Assembly: GCA_963514005.1 (NCBI GenBank)
Contig: OY740784.1
Location: 89,156,001-89,220,000, forward strand
DNA: 64,000 bases
Source: Raja brachyura
Taxonomy: Eukaryota
Direction of reading: 5' to 3'
Position numbers and translations under genes: made by a program. The notes below the pieces were generated by a model. It made no database searches. It saw only the letters and a program-made list of their open reading frames with translations, and had not been told where the DNA came from. Shown in pieces: positions 36,251 to 48,849 of the stretch (position 1 is the stretch's first letter; the number at the start of each line of letters is the position of its first letter).

Positions 36251-36819
36251 GCTTTCTTTCAGCTTCCTAATATGATGTTATAATATTATAAATGGGATGG
36301 GAATAAGATGAGAATAACTACTTTGACTTGGGCATAGACATTATGGGGTGAATTACCTCCCTCTATGTTGCACAAAAATACATATGAAGGAATAACTATT
36401 ATATGTTGGAACTTCTAGAATGAATGGCATTTTTAGGATTAGTTCTGTTCCCTGAACTAATTTAATAAATTCTTGGGGAGTAGTTGATTTGGATTTCCTT
36501 GATGTCATTATTCATCATTGCCTCACCCTTGGAAGTGTTTTCCAAGAACTGCTCTTTATCACTGAATTCAGGCAAAAACATAACTTAAAAACTTAGGAGA
36601 CTAAGAGACATGACTTATTTTATCTACCACAATGTTTCATCTTAATAATGCTTTCCTAAAAGATATTTTGACCCAGTTTTACATTCAAAAGCTGCATGAC
36701 CTTCACTGCAAGCCTCAAAGCAAATTTCCCACAAAGATGTGGTGATCTCTGCTGTGAAAACCTCCCATTTCCAGTGTCAAGTCTAATCACATCTGGACTC
36801 GCAAAAGAATCAGGAAGCC

Positions 36820-38185
36820 ATGATTCAGCTTGATACAACTTTGGTTAGGCCACATTTGGAATTTTGTGTGCAGTTCCGGTTGTGTTATTAGAGGAAGAGT
36901 GTAGAGACTTTAGAAAGGGTTCAGAGGAGGTTTACCAGGCTGAAGGATGGTCCCAACACAAAATGTCACCCTGAACATATCCACATTCTCAAGAGATGCT
37001 GCCTGGCCTGCTGTTATGCTCCAGCAATTTGTGTCTTTTTTTTTTAACAGAATGATGACTGAATTAGTTGACATTAGCCAAAGGGGGAGTTGGATGGGCT
37101 TAGGTTGTTTTCTCTGGAATACCGGAGGTTATGGGGAAGCTGGAAAGACGTATTGGCGCTGTGGCGGCGCCTAGCGGCAGTGGCTCCACTACTGTAGTTT
37201 GTCTTTTTAATTGTTGTCTCGTTAAATGTATGTTTTGACTCTAGTTTTTATTATTTTCTTAGCTGTGTATATGTGGGGGGTGGTGGGGGAAACCATTTAA
37301 TCTCTTCCCTGTACGGGGACCCGACTTTTTTCCTGTCGGGTCTCCGATGTCTTTGGGCCTAACATCGTGGAGCCGGCGGGTTGGTTCCGGAACCAATCTG
37401 AGGGCTCTAGTCAAGGAGCCTGCGGGCCTGCCATCACGGAGCTGGCTGTCTTCAGAACGGGAAGAGCTGTGGTGGCGCGCAGCTGCGACCCAACTTCGGA
37501 GCTTCGGAGGCTCTGGCTGCAGACCTGGTGGACGGTAGCATAGGGAGCTCGCAGTTCCCTGGTGGGAGACCACTTTTCAGAGCTCCTGCAACGGCAACTT
37601 CTCCCGCCAGAATCGCGGGGCTAAATTACTTGGAGTGGGGCCTAACATCGCCCGATGCAGCTTAATGGCCGTGGGACTTACCATCACCCGCCGGAGGCTT
37701 TAACATCGGGAGTCCCAGTTGTCTCGAGGCTGCAGTTGGACTGCTGGACTGCGGGAGAAGAACAAAGGGAAGAGATAAGACTTTTGCCTTCCATCACAGT
37801 GAGGAAGAGTTGGAGACTCACTGTGATGGATGTTTGTGTAAACTGTGTTAAGTGTGGGTCTTGGGTTTATTTGTAATGGTAATACTGTAGAAAATGCAAT
37901 TTTGTTCAAACCAAGCTGTTTGAATGACAATAAAAGGCATTCTATTCTATATAAAATTATGAGAGCAGACAGTTAGAATCTTTTTCCCAGCATATGAGAA
38001 TCAAATACTGGAGGGCATAGCTTTAACATGAGCAAGGCAAACATTAAAGGAGATCTGCAGGGAAGCTTTTTCCACAAAGTGTGGTGAGTACCCGCAAAGA
38101 GCTGCCAAGGTTGGTGTTTGAGGCAGATACAATCATGGCATTTAAGAAGCTTTCAGATAGGCATATGGATATACATGAAATGGAG
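36820..38185 (+). mobile_element. CR1 3' portion interrupted by a PLE fragment (~36940-37045) and the GC-rich retroposon
   Basis: LVRPHLEFCVQF...LERVQRRFTR at 36841-36939; resumes after 37950. Confidence 0.75.
37140..37950 (+). mobile_element. GC-rich non-autonomous retroposon, copy 3 (divergent 5' end)
   Basis: Shares core and 3' hairpin with copies 1 and 2; TGACAATAAA...(TTCTA)n tail. Confidence 0.8.
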
Positions 38186-38524
38186 GGTGCCAGATCATTG
38201 TTCACGTTGGCTGATGGATCTTTGTCTGCGACGGCTCCGTGTCTGTCATTGCTCTCCGCCGGCAGCCGGCTCCACTCTTGCACGGTTCCGTGACGCCTGC
38301 CGGGAGCTTCCACATTGTTCACAGAACATTTGTTAATGTTCCTGTGATGTATTTTAGAAGATTTGTTTTGACGCCTCTGTTGTAACTCATATACACTTTG
38401 AAATTTTCTGTAAACTTTCAGTCATCCTTCTCTTCACTGGTGGCTGGCGATGATACCCGCCCATTGTCTTCGGACATTTTATGGTGGATTCAGCACGGAA
38501 AGGCTCACGAGATTGTACAATACT

Positions 38525-38640
38525 CAGGTGCTGACTGTGTGGCGTTTGCACTTTCTCCCTGTGACCACATGGGTTTCCTCCAGGTGCTTCAGCTTCCTCT
38601 CGCATCCCAAAGACGAGCAAATTTGTGGGTTAATTCTATT
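38525..38640 (+). mobile_element. V-SINE fragment
   Basis: TGTGTGGCGTTTGCACTTTCTCCCTGTGACCACATGGGTTTCCTCCAGGTGC V domain. Confidence 0.7.
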
Positions 38641-39158
38641 TTAAGGCTATTTCTGCAGCTCCTTCGTAAAACAGTGATATCCCACCACCAAGAAGTAAAA
38701 TAGAAACACTACTGCACCAATATGCGACCCATATGATCTAATTTAAATGGATAGCACACAAACAAAACATTTCCACTGTGCCACCATACTCATGACAATA
38801 ATGAACCAAAGCAAAACAGAACCCACGCTAACAGCAGAGCTGTATTGAGAGAATGCTGTGTTGTCAGATGTTACTCAACCAAAGCACTTTCTGGCATCTC
38901 AGATGACGTAAAAAATCCAAGCAGAGGGGTTATCTGTAGGCTAATAAATAATCCCTCAAGCCATTCCTGAAATGTTATCTAGCCATTGTCAATAAAATAG
39001 CTCCCATATTTCTGACATTACGATAGGACAACACATCAAAACACTTTGTAATATTATTTACCTTTGTCCGGTAAATGTTTGGGACTGTTTCACAATGGGA
39101 GTCAACATCCAAATTTCTGACAACAGGAGACAAATGCTCAGAGGATCAGGGGTGTCAT

Positions 39159-39547
39159 TGTAAATAGCTCGTTCTGAGCTTCCCCCCAGTCTAGTTCCAG
39201 TCAAAAACCACTGGGTCAAGCACTTGCGCAACTAATCTTTATTTTGACAAAATATAATAACAGTTCCCACTACTATACCTAACCACTGCGGGTTCGATCC
39301 ACGTATCTGCCTGGCCAAGCCCTCATTCAAGCTTCATTCAAGCAGAGACACTCCAGACGGTCACGCAGTCCCAAGCGTTCTCCCAGAAGATCGACACAGG
39401 ACCTCATGGGAGTGGTCTTTTATAGGTCCCTGAACCTTGAGGGGCCGAAGCACATTGGGGTGGTCTCTATGCAATCCAATAATAGATATCGACTTACACA
39501 GTATATGGTAGACATTTCCCCAACCCAATAATACTGTGACTAATACA
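39159..39547 (-). mobile_element. Possible solo LTR
   Basis: TGTA...TACA ends; on the minus strand a CCAAT box (~39476), TATAAAAG (39417-39424) and AATAAA (39238-39243) in LTR order; no clear TSD. Confidence 0.45.
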
Positions 39548-39660
39548 TTGTATTCAAACATAGCTTCTGAAAGGAAGCAAACATCGCAACGTGTGCTTAG
39601 ATATTCAAGAAACCCAGACAAGGCTCAACACTTAATCCAATCAACATCTAGCAAAGTAAG

Positions 39661-39781
39661 TCCTGGCCTCTCCAATTTGGCCATGAATCTGAAGAAGGGT
39701 TTCGGCCCGAAACATTGCCTATCTTCGTCGCTCCATAGATGCTGCTGCACCCGCTGAGTTTCTCCAGCATTTTATGTACCC
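39661..39781 (+). mobile_element. PLE terminal-repeat insertion with hammerhead core
   Basis: TSD TCTAGCAAAGTAAG / TCTAGCAGAGTAAAG at 39647-39660 and 39782-39796; CTGAAGAAGGGTTTCGGCCCGAAAC at 39689-39713. Confidence 0.8.
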
Positions 39782-40099
39782 TCTAGCAGAGTAAAGCTTT
39801 GCGACAATATTTACAATGTGTATGTCTGGTTTGCATTCATCCAATCCATTCCATACAATTTGCACCTAATTGTGAGGATCTGCTGATGTTTCATTCTCTT
39901 CCTGCAGCTCTTATCTAGGCTCCAGACAAACTGGCACCATTCTGCAGCTTGTCTCATTTCTGCAGAAGGCACATTTAAATTGACCTAATGGCTTAGCAGC
40001 CCAGAAGCCTTTACTCAATTTTAGTGTTCTGGCCTCTCCAATTTGGCCAGAATTAACATTATGGGAACAGCTGCCAAGAAAGACCGTCAGGTTTAAATG

Positions 40100-40290
40100 G
40101 GTACTATTGCAACCTTTACTATCGCAACGTTTAAGAAACATTTAGACAGGTACATGGATAGGATAGGTTTAGAGGGATATGGACCAAATGCAGGCAGGTG
40201 AGACTAATGTAGATGGGTTATGTTGATCGGTGTGGGCAAGTGAAGGGCCTGTTTTCATGCTGTATGACTATGACTGTATGACACTATGAC
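40100..40290 (+). mobile_element. CR1 3' end
   Basis: TTTAAGAAACATTTAGACAGGTACATGGATAGG block; (TATGAC)n-type tail. Confidence 0.8.
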
Positions 40291-40399
40291 CGCATTTCCT
40301 ACATGAAATTTAAATTGGAAGAGTTACTAGATAATTCATGATTGCCATCACTGCCCACCATGAGCTCCCAACCCTCCCCAGTTCCCTCAAACATCATGG

Positions 40400-41520
40400 A
40401 CACCAATGACAATCTAGACCCACTGTAATTCGCCTTCTTGAATAATGGATCTATGTACAATGCCATCTCTCTCGCACCACATTCAGCCTTGGATCACCTT
40501 GACAATAAGAACACCTACGTCAGGATGCTATTCATTAAATACAGCTCGTTCCTCAACAACACAAGCTCATCCCTTAAACTTCAGGGCCTTCGCCTTGAGG
40601 TCTCCATCTGCAACTGGCTCAAGAACCTCTTGATTGGTGGACCTCGTCAGTTAGAATTGGTTAGAACAGTTCCTCCACTAGTGGTGCCCTTCAGGGTTGT
40701 GTGCTCAATCCCTAGCTCCATGCCCCGTACACCCATGAAACCAATTTGATCTTTCAATTTGCTGATTAAACCACTGTTCTTGGCCAGAGCATCTACAATG
40801 GTAAAATGAAGAACAAGAAACAGGTTGAGAACTCAGTTCCTGATGTCAGGGTAATAACCTAGTACTTAATGTCAGCAAGAATAAAGGAGTGGGTTGTTGA
40901 CCCAAGAAAGCGAAGAGGTTAACACAACCCTGTCCTTATCAACGGAGCTAATGTAGAAAAGACACAAAATGGTGGAGAATTGCAACAGGTCAGGCAGCAT
41001 CCTTGGAGAACATGGATACGAGGCATTTTGGGTCATGACCCTACTGCAGACTGTTTGCCAGGGTGGAGGAGCGGGGGTGGGGGGGTAGGGGGAAGAAAAC
41101 TAGAAAAGTAGAGCGGCAGGACAAAGCGTGGCAGATCAATGGAGCTACTGTAGAGATGGTCAACGCTGCCTTGCCATGCATACCATCAGCAATCCAGCCT
41201 GGTTCATTCACACTAATGATTAAGAAAGCACATCAGCATTTTACTTAACCACCTGAGAAAATGTAGCATGCCCACGAGGATTCCCTTCAATTTCTACATT
41301 ACAGAAGTATTCTGATAGAATGCATCTTAACCTGATGTATTGTATCAGGAAGGTTGAAAGTATCGACAAGGATGCTTGCTACCCTGGCATTCTATTTGCT
41401 CTGTAATACCTTCTGGGAGAGGATATACGGGATCTTGAAAATTCCGACGACAAGAATTAAGAACAGATTCTTCTACACTGCTCTCAGACTACTGACCCAA
41501 TCAACTATTTCACAACCACT
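40400..41520 (+). mobile_element. Degenerate Rex1/Babar RT fragment
   Basis: ORF 40438..40749 AISLAPHSALDHLDNKNTYVRMLFI; TTRIKNRFF near the 3' end. Confidence 0.85.
40958..41134 (-). mobile_element. PLE fragment inserted in Rex1
   Basis: 20-bp TSD ATCAACGGAGCTAATGTAGA / ATCAATGGAGCTACTGTAGA at 40938-40957 and 41135-41154. Confidence 0.8.
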
Positions 41521-41544
41521 TCAAGGAAGTGTTGCCACATAAGA

Positions 41545-41880
41545 GGCCACAGTAGAGGCCAATTCACTGGATTAATTTAAAAGAGAGTTAGATAGAGCTT
41601 TAGTGGCTAGCGGAATCAAGGGAAATGGGGAGAAGGCAGGCATGGGTTACTGATTGTGGATGATCAGCCATGATCACAATGAATGGCGGTGCTGGCTCGA
41701 TGGGCCAAATGGCCTCCTCCTGCACCTATTTTCTATGTAAACTGTATGTCTATGTCTATGTCTACGACCCAAAACGTCACCCATTCCTTCTCTCCAGAGA
41801 TGCTGCCTGTCCTGCTGAGTTATTCCAGGTTTTTGTGTCTATCTTCAGTTTAAACCAGCATCTGCAGTTCCTTCCTACAT
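41545..41880 (+). mobile_element. CR1 3' end directly followed by a PLE terminal repeat
   Basis: CR1 3' UTR to ~41762; pLTR 41765-41878. Confidence 0.8.
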
Positions 41881-42089
41881 AATATACACAATTTAATCTG
41901 TGATCCTCATGTGACCAAGGAATTTCATTAAACCCATTTGTAAATTCACAGTAAACTAACCTGAACCTGAATCTGAAATTACAATGGGACAGAATGCCAG
42001 ATGTAGTCACGTTCTCTGTGTTCAAGTTTGGAAGAGGATGGGGGCATAATCAGGCTTTCTGATTTATTGCTTCTACTCATTCTGATGGG

Positions 42090-42395
42090 TCATAGAGCGA
42101 CACAGTATAGGACAGGCCCTTTGCCCCTTTGTCCCAACTGTCCTTTTGAACCAATCCTACATTAATACCATTCTCCCTACATTCGCATTAAATCCACCTG
42201 ATTTTACCTTTCACAAACACTAAGGGCAATGTGTAGTGGCCTTTAGGACATGTGAGGAAACTGGAGTAGGCAGACAAAACCCACAAACTCACAGGGACTA
42301 TGTAGCAGCTCCTCAGAGAGATCAACCAAGGTCAGGATTAAACCCTGGTCATTAGAACTGCGAGGCGAAGACTCTACTCCCTGCTACTGTGCCAC
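42090..42395 (-). mobile_element. Degenerate V-SINE
   Basis: B-box remnant CAGGATTAAACC and V-domain remnant; similar to 58385-58735. Confidence 0.55.
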
Positions 42396-43829
42396 TCACG
42401 AGTGTGTGATGAACCTGCCCCAAGTCTCTTTTATTGAGACTGACACAGCCTTAGTAGAAAAGACCAGTTCGCTTCCCAATCTAGAGTTCTCTTCTTGATA
42501 TTCTGTCCTTGTTCCTACTTTTCTCAGTCACTAATCTTCCTTTCTTCATTCTTTCACTCAGTACAGACTAGAAGTTGAACATATCTCTGATATTTTGTTC
42601 ACTGATTTTAATGAGTTACATTTTATTGTACTTATTTATTTTCTCCTTGAGTTGACCATGTGAAGATGTTAACATGTTTCTGCTGGGTTATTACTTGCAG
42701 TAGAAATCATTTCTGCCATCCACCACCATGGTGATTAATATCATGGCAAATGGCTGACTCTCTGTGGTCAGTTTTATCCCACCTCTTCGCTGAGTTTGTG
42801 CCTTTCCTCGGCGTGTGGGCCTTTGCGAAGATTTCCCCGAAAATATTCAAAGCGAGAAATTGAGTTTGGTTGCTGGAGTTAAAAGTGGCACAATCTGCAT
42901 TCATCAATGACAGCCAACGGCCGCCTTCCTAGAACCCAGCTACAGTGGAAGGAATAAACGGTGGGCGGGTGTGCACTCACATTTGAAGCATTCCAGTAAA
43001 CCCAGCATCTGGTAAATCACAAGATCAGTCACAATCTGCGGATGGTGCCTCCTGTTCATGGCACTCTCCAGAGCTTTGCTGATGTTGGGACCCAGCATTA
43101 TAGAAACCTCCAGCTGGGAATTGTTCATATTAACTATAATATCAGTGCAGACTACAGTTGAGGGCAGCTTGCACATGTTGATGAAAGCTAAACCCTTGTT
43201 CTCTTTCCCACTGACAATCTTTTTTTAAAATACCCACTCATTCCTTCTTCCTGCAGAGGCCTTTGTGCTTCTAAGCGTTTGGAACGTTGTTTAACAGGCC
43301 CACGCTACTGACATCCTGTTGTTATAATTGAAACAAAATGCCCCCCCCCCCAGCCCTTGAAGAAAAGTGCATCGTTTACATGCATCAGGCAGCTTGCTTT
43401 AACTTCGGGTTCAAAGATATTTATCAAACTTTGCACGTGAAAGTAATGAAGCTTTGCCGAGTCCGTATTTAATTAGACATTATTCTCACATGTTCCTAGG
43501 TACAGTGTGATGCTTGGCTTTGCATACAACCCAGTAAATCGTACAGCAGAAGAGAGACACATAAAGCTAGAGTAACTCAGCGGGTCAGACAGTATCTCTG
43601 GAGGGAAGGAATAGGTGATGTTTCGAGCCGAGACCCTTCTTCAGTCTCTAGTCAGGGGAGAGGAAATATCGCAGACCTCATCCAGGCCGTACATAAGTGT
43701 CTCCACGTTTCTGGTGCTGACAAAGTCGCAAATGTTCACCCAACAATCCATAGTTAAATAAGTGGTATGGATGCTACTGCTAGCCCGCCCAAGGAACTAC
43801 TTTTCATGATCCCTCTGGCAATAGCAACA

Positions 43830-44140
43830 ACAACAATATGCATTTATATAGCATCTTCACAGAGGCATGATGCTCCAAAGAAGAGTTATTGAACAGATGT
43901 TGACAATTCGGCACAAAAGGGGGTATTAATCCAGGTGAGGATAAAGGTTGTCAAGCTCGTGGATTTTTAGGATGTTTCATAGGCAGAGTGGTTTAGGAAG
44001 GGAATTCCAGACCTGTGGTCCACTTATTGAAGATAAGGCAGGCAACATCAGCCAAATATCATCCAAGGTTTTTCTGGAGCCACAGATGGACAGCTGGGGT
44101 AAGATCTCAGAGGGACATGGGACTACTGAGATAAAGAGGA
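43830..44140 (-). mobile_element. Old L2-like 3' end
   Basis: (CAA)n then TGCATTTATATAGC terminus; GGAAGGGAATTCCAGA block. Confidence 0.5.
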
Positions 44141-44667
44141 CAGGATGGTGTGAAAAAGAGCTTGTGATCTTCATAAAACTCTGCTCTCTCTGTTGGCAGA
44201 AGAGTGGCCAGAGCGTCACGACCACAAATCAGGGGCTAAAGAACTTTGGAAAAAGAAGGAACTGCAAATGCAATGCTGATTTACAACAAAAAACTCAGAG
44301 TGCTGGAATAACTCAGTGGGTCAGGCTTCCTAAAAAACTTTGAGAGGCAACTAATATCATACCTGTCTTAACTAGCTAGCAAAAGCATTCAAAAACAACA
44401 AAACATTTTTGTTTTGGAAATAATTCTTCTTTAAAATATTAATAATACAGTTGAAGCACACAGCAATTAAGAATTCTTGAAAATCATTTAAAATATCAAA
44501 ATTCTATCAATTGTTAATTTGTGTGTTTAAAATTCCAATTGTCCCAATTCGTTTTTTATTGCTTTTTACTGAACAAAATACACTTTTTTCTGAGGGGAAA
44601 CATGCACATTGGAGATAGTTCCTCCTATTCTTATTTGATCAAAATCCTTAGGATCTTTTGTCGCTTT

Positions 44668-46206
44668 TCATAGAAACATAGAAACATAGAAAATAGGTGC
44701 AGGAGGAGGCCATTCGGCCCTTTGAGCCAGCACCGCCATTCATTGTGATCATGGCTGATCGTCCCAAATCAATAACCCGTGCCCGCCTTCTCCCCATATT
44801 CCTTGATTCCAACAGCCCCATGAGCTCTATCTAACTCTCTCTTAAATCCATCCAGTGATTTGGCCTCCACTGCCCTCAGTGGCAGGGAATTCCACAAATT
44901 CACAATTCTCTAGGTGAATTTTTTTTATCACACCTCAGTCCGAAATGGCCTCCCCTTTATTCTAAGGCTGTGGCCCCTGGTTCTGGACTCGCCCAATATT
45001 GGGAACATTTTTCCTGTATCTACCCTGTCCAGTCCTTTTAAAATTTTATATGTTTCTATAAGATCTCCCCTCATCCTTCTAAACTTCAGTGTATACAAGC
45101 CTAGTCTTTTCAATCTTTCCTCATTTGACAGTCCCGCCATCCCGGGATCAATCTCATGAACCTACGCAGCACTGCCTCAATCACAAGGATGTCCTTCCTC
45201 AAATTAGGAGACCAAAACTGTACACATTACTCCAGATGTGGTCTCACCAGAGCCCTATACAACTGCAGAAGAATCTCTCTACTCCTATACTGAAATCCTT
45301 TTGTTATGAAGGCCAACATTCCATTAGCATTCATCACTGCCTGCTGTACCTGCACGCCAACTTTCAGTGACCAGGTCTCGCTGTACCTCCCCCTTACCTA
45401 ACCTAACCCCATTGAGATAATAATCTGCCCATTTGTTTTTACCACAAAAGTGGATAACCTCACATTTATTTATATTACACTGCATCTGCCACACATCTGC
45501 CCACTCACTCAACTTGTCCAGGTCATCCTGCAACCTCCTAACATCCTCTTCACAGTTCACACTGCCACCCAGCTTTGTGTCATCCGCAAACTTGCTAGTG
45601 TTGCTCCTAATTCCCTCTTCCAATTCATTCATATATATGGTAACCAGTTGCGGCACTCCATTCGCCACTGCCTGCCATTCTGAAAAGGACCTGTTCACTC
45701 CTACACTTTCCTTCCTGACTGCCAACCAATTTTCTATCCATGTCAACACCCTACCCCCAATACCATGTGCTCTAATTTTAGTCACCAGTCTCCCGTGCGG
45801 GACCTTATCAAAGGCTTTCTGAAAGTCTAAATACACTACATCCACTGGTTCCCCTTCATCCATTTTACTTGTCACACCCTCATAAAATTCCAGAAGATTA
45901 GTCAAGCATGATTTTCCTTTCATAAATCCATGCTTACTTGGACTAATCCTTTTACTGCTATCCAAATGCCCCATTATTACCTCTTTAATAATTGACTCCA
46001 GCATCTTTCCCACCACCGGTCAGGCCAACTGGTCTGTAAATCCCCGTTTTCTCTCTCGCTCCTTTCTTGAAAAGTGGGATAACATTGGCTATCCTCCAAT
46101 CCACAGGAACTGATCTTGAATCTAGTGAACATTGGAAAATGATCACTAATGCGTCCACGATTTCTAGAACCACTTCCTTAAGTACCCTGGGATGCAGACC
46201 ATCAGG
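44668..46206 (-). mobile_element. CR1 RT and 3' UTR
   Basis: ORFs 45324..46016 (YLDFQKAFDKVPH, FADD) and 44928..45140; (CATAGAAA)n tail. Confidence 0.95.
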
Positions 46207-46896
46207 TTGTCACACCAAGTATACCAGTAGATCGAAGGTGGATGACTATGAGAAAGTGGAGTAAACGTGGAGTGCAGGAGACCCTGGTAGCTGTACCTAA
46301 TGAAAACAGGTACACCCTCTTGGGAATGGACAACACAACAAGATTGAGTGGTAGCCAGTGCTGTGATCACAACCCTGGTGCCGAGGCTCAACGGGGAAGA
46401 GTGACGTAAGGCAGAGCCATAGTGGTAGGAGTCTCCATCGTCAGAGGTGCGGACAGGAGATTCTGCAGCAGCAGGCGACATTCCAGGATGTGGTGTTGCC
46501 TCCCTGGTGCCAGGGTCCAGGACGTCTCGGAGTGGCTGCACGACATCCTCAAGAGTGAGGGGGAGCAGCCAGCGGTTGTTGTGCAAGTTGGCACAAATGA
46601 TGTCAGTAGGAAGAGGAGGAGGTTCAGCAACAGGAATTTATGGAATTGGGTAGAAGACTGAAAAGCAAGACCTGCAGGGTAGTGATCTCAGGATTACTTC
46701 CAGTATCTCGTGCTAGTGAAGGTAAGAATAAGAAGATGGGAGAAATGAATGTGTGGCTGAGGTGTTGGTACAGGGGGCAGGGATTCAGATTTCTGGATCA
46801 TTGGGATCGCTTCCGGTGCAGGAGTGACCTGTATAAAAGGAACAGGTTGCACCTAAACTGGAGGGGGACTAACATCCTATCAGGAAGGTTTACTAA

Positions 46897-47132
46897 AGGG
46901 CCTGTCCCACTTGGGCGTCATTTGCGCGTCACGCAGATGATTTTGTACATCCCAAAATCCTGGTGCGCAGTGCGCGACCGTGCGTCACTGCCTACGTCAC
47001 CACGCACCGTGCATGGGCAATGCGCACCATGCGCGCATCATGTGCGCGGCACAACGCACGCGTCGTTCGTCATGATGCTTAAATGATGTTGCATAAATTA
47101 CGCACAAATGACGTCCAAGTGGGACAGCCCCT
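46897..47132. mobile_element. PIF/Harbinger-type MITE
   Basis: ~33-bp TIR AGGGCCTGTCCCACTTGGGCGTCATTTGCGCGT; TAA TSD at 46894-46896 and 47133-47135; removal restores the ORF1 end RFTNATRDGLN*. Confidence 0.9.
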
Positions 47133-48214
47133 TAATGCTACACGGGATGGTTTAAACTAGATTGGCAGGGGGGTGGGATCTCGTGCTGGACAGAGGCACG
47201 TGAGAGGCTAGAAGTTGGTATGGAGGGTGGTGTGGGAAAGGTTAGTGGTCAGAATAGGCAGGTGAAAGGCGGAGAACAAGGTATGGTTGGTTTAAACTGC
47301 ACATATTTTAATGCAAAGGACCTGACGGGTAAGGCAGATGAGCTTACGGTATGGATAGGTACGAGCGACTGGGACGTTGTAGCCATGACTGAAACCTGGT
47401 TAAGGGCAGGACTAGAAGCTCAATGTTCTGGGGTACAGGAGCTTCAGGAGAGTCAGGGGTGAGGGAAAAAGAGGAGGGGGGTTGCATTTTTGGTTAAGGA
47501 GGATGTCACGGCTGGTCTCAGAGGTGACATTACGGACGGTTCGTCTATTGAGGCTATATGGGTGGAGCCTGTTGGGGGTGTACTACAGACCCCCGAATAG
47601 TCAACGGGAATTAGAAGAACAAATATGCCCGGAGATTGCAGACATCTGCAGGTCAAATAAGGTTGGTGTAGTAGGGGATTTCAACGTTCTCAATATAGAC
47701 TGGAAAAAATCATAGCGTGAATGGTTTAGATTGGGTGCAATTCTTCAAAAGTGTTCAAGAGAGTTTTTTTAAGCAGTATGTGGAAGCCCCCACACGTGAG
47801 AAGGCAACACAGGATCAAGTATTGGAAAATTGGGAAGTTGTGAGGAGGAGCCTTTTGGGACCAGTGATCACAGTTCGATTAGGTTTAAGATAGTTATAGA
47901 TAGGGACGAAGAGGGTCCACGTGTTCAACTGGGGTAAGGTCAACTTTGAGGGTATGAGAGAAGGTCTTGCTCAAGTTGACTGGAGCAGGTTATTTGAGGG
48001 GAAAGGAACATCAGTCAAGTGGGATGTTTTTAAAGTGTATTGAAGAAATCTCAGGATGTGTACATCCCCATTAGAGTGAAGGCCAAAGCAGGCAAACGTA
48101 AGGAAGCTTGGCTGTCGAGGGAAATTGAGACGTTAGTCAAAAACAAGAAGGATGCATTGGACAGGTAAAGGCAGCTGGGATCTAGTGCATCCCTGGAGGA
48201 GTTTCTGGAACTAA

Positions 48215-48849
48215 AGGGCCTGTCCCACTTAGGCGATTTTTTTGGCGACTGCTGGCAACTGTCACAGCAACTGGACCCCCCCACCCCCAACTACAATGTC
48301 TACGACAACCTACCACCTAATCGACGTCAAGCTACGGCAAACTACCGACAACCGGCGACCCAATCATCGCGACTTAGGCCGTTCACCTATGACCACACCA
48401 ACGACAACACACAACAACACAGACGACAACCTACAACAACCGAAGTCAACCTACGGCCATCCACGACAAGCTACGGCAAGCATTGATCCCGTCGGCGACA
48501 ACTGAAGACAACTGAAGACAATTCAGTTGCCGGTACCTGTCGCTGGATGATGCAGGTAGTCACCACCGAAGTCAGCATGGCGACAACCAACGTCACCTGG
48601 CGACAACCTGCGTCATCCAGGCGACAACCTACTACAGTACCTACGACAGGAGAAGACAAGTTAAATCAAGCCCACAGTCGCCGATAAGTTCTGAACATTT
48701 CAAAATCCAGCGGCGATCAGAAAATCTTTACGACTCTTTAGGCGACTTGAGGAGACTACTCACGACCGTACAGGCATTACCCCACGACCATGTGAAAACA
48801 GCCTAGTCGCCTGTAATCACTGAAAAATCGTTTATGTGGGAGAAGGGCA
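48215..48849. mobile_element. PIF/Harbinger-type MITE with CGAC-rich interior
   Basis: TIR AGGGCCTGTCCCACTTAGGCGATTTTT with degenerate right copy; TAA TSD at 48212-48214 and 48850-48852; removal restores LELRSKLK. Confidence 0.85.

Noticed and set aside
48242-48505. Thr-rich mucin-like ORF and apparent repeat array
   Set aside because: Lies inside a TIR-bounded MITE; the repeats are irregular short motifs, not repeat-spacer (CRISPR-like) units.
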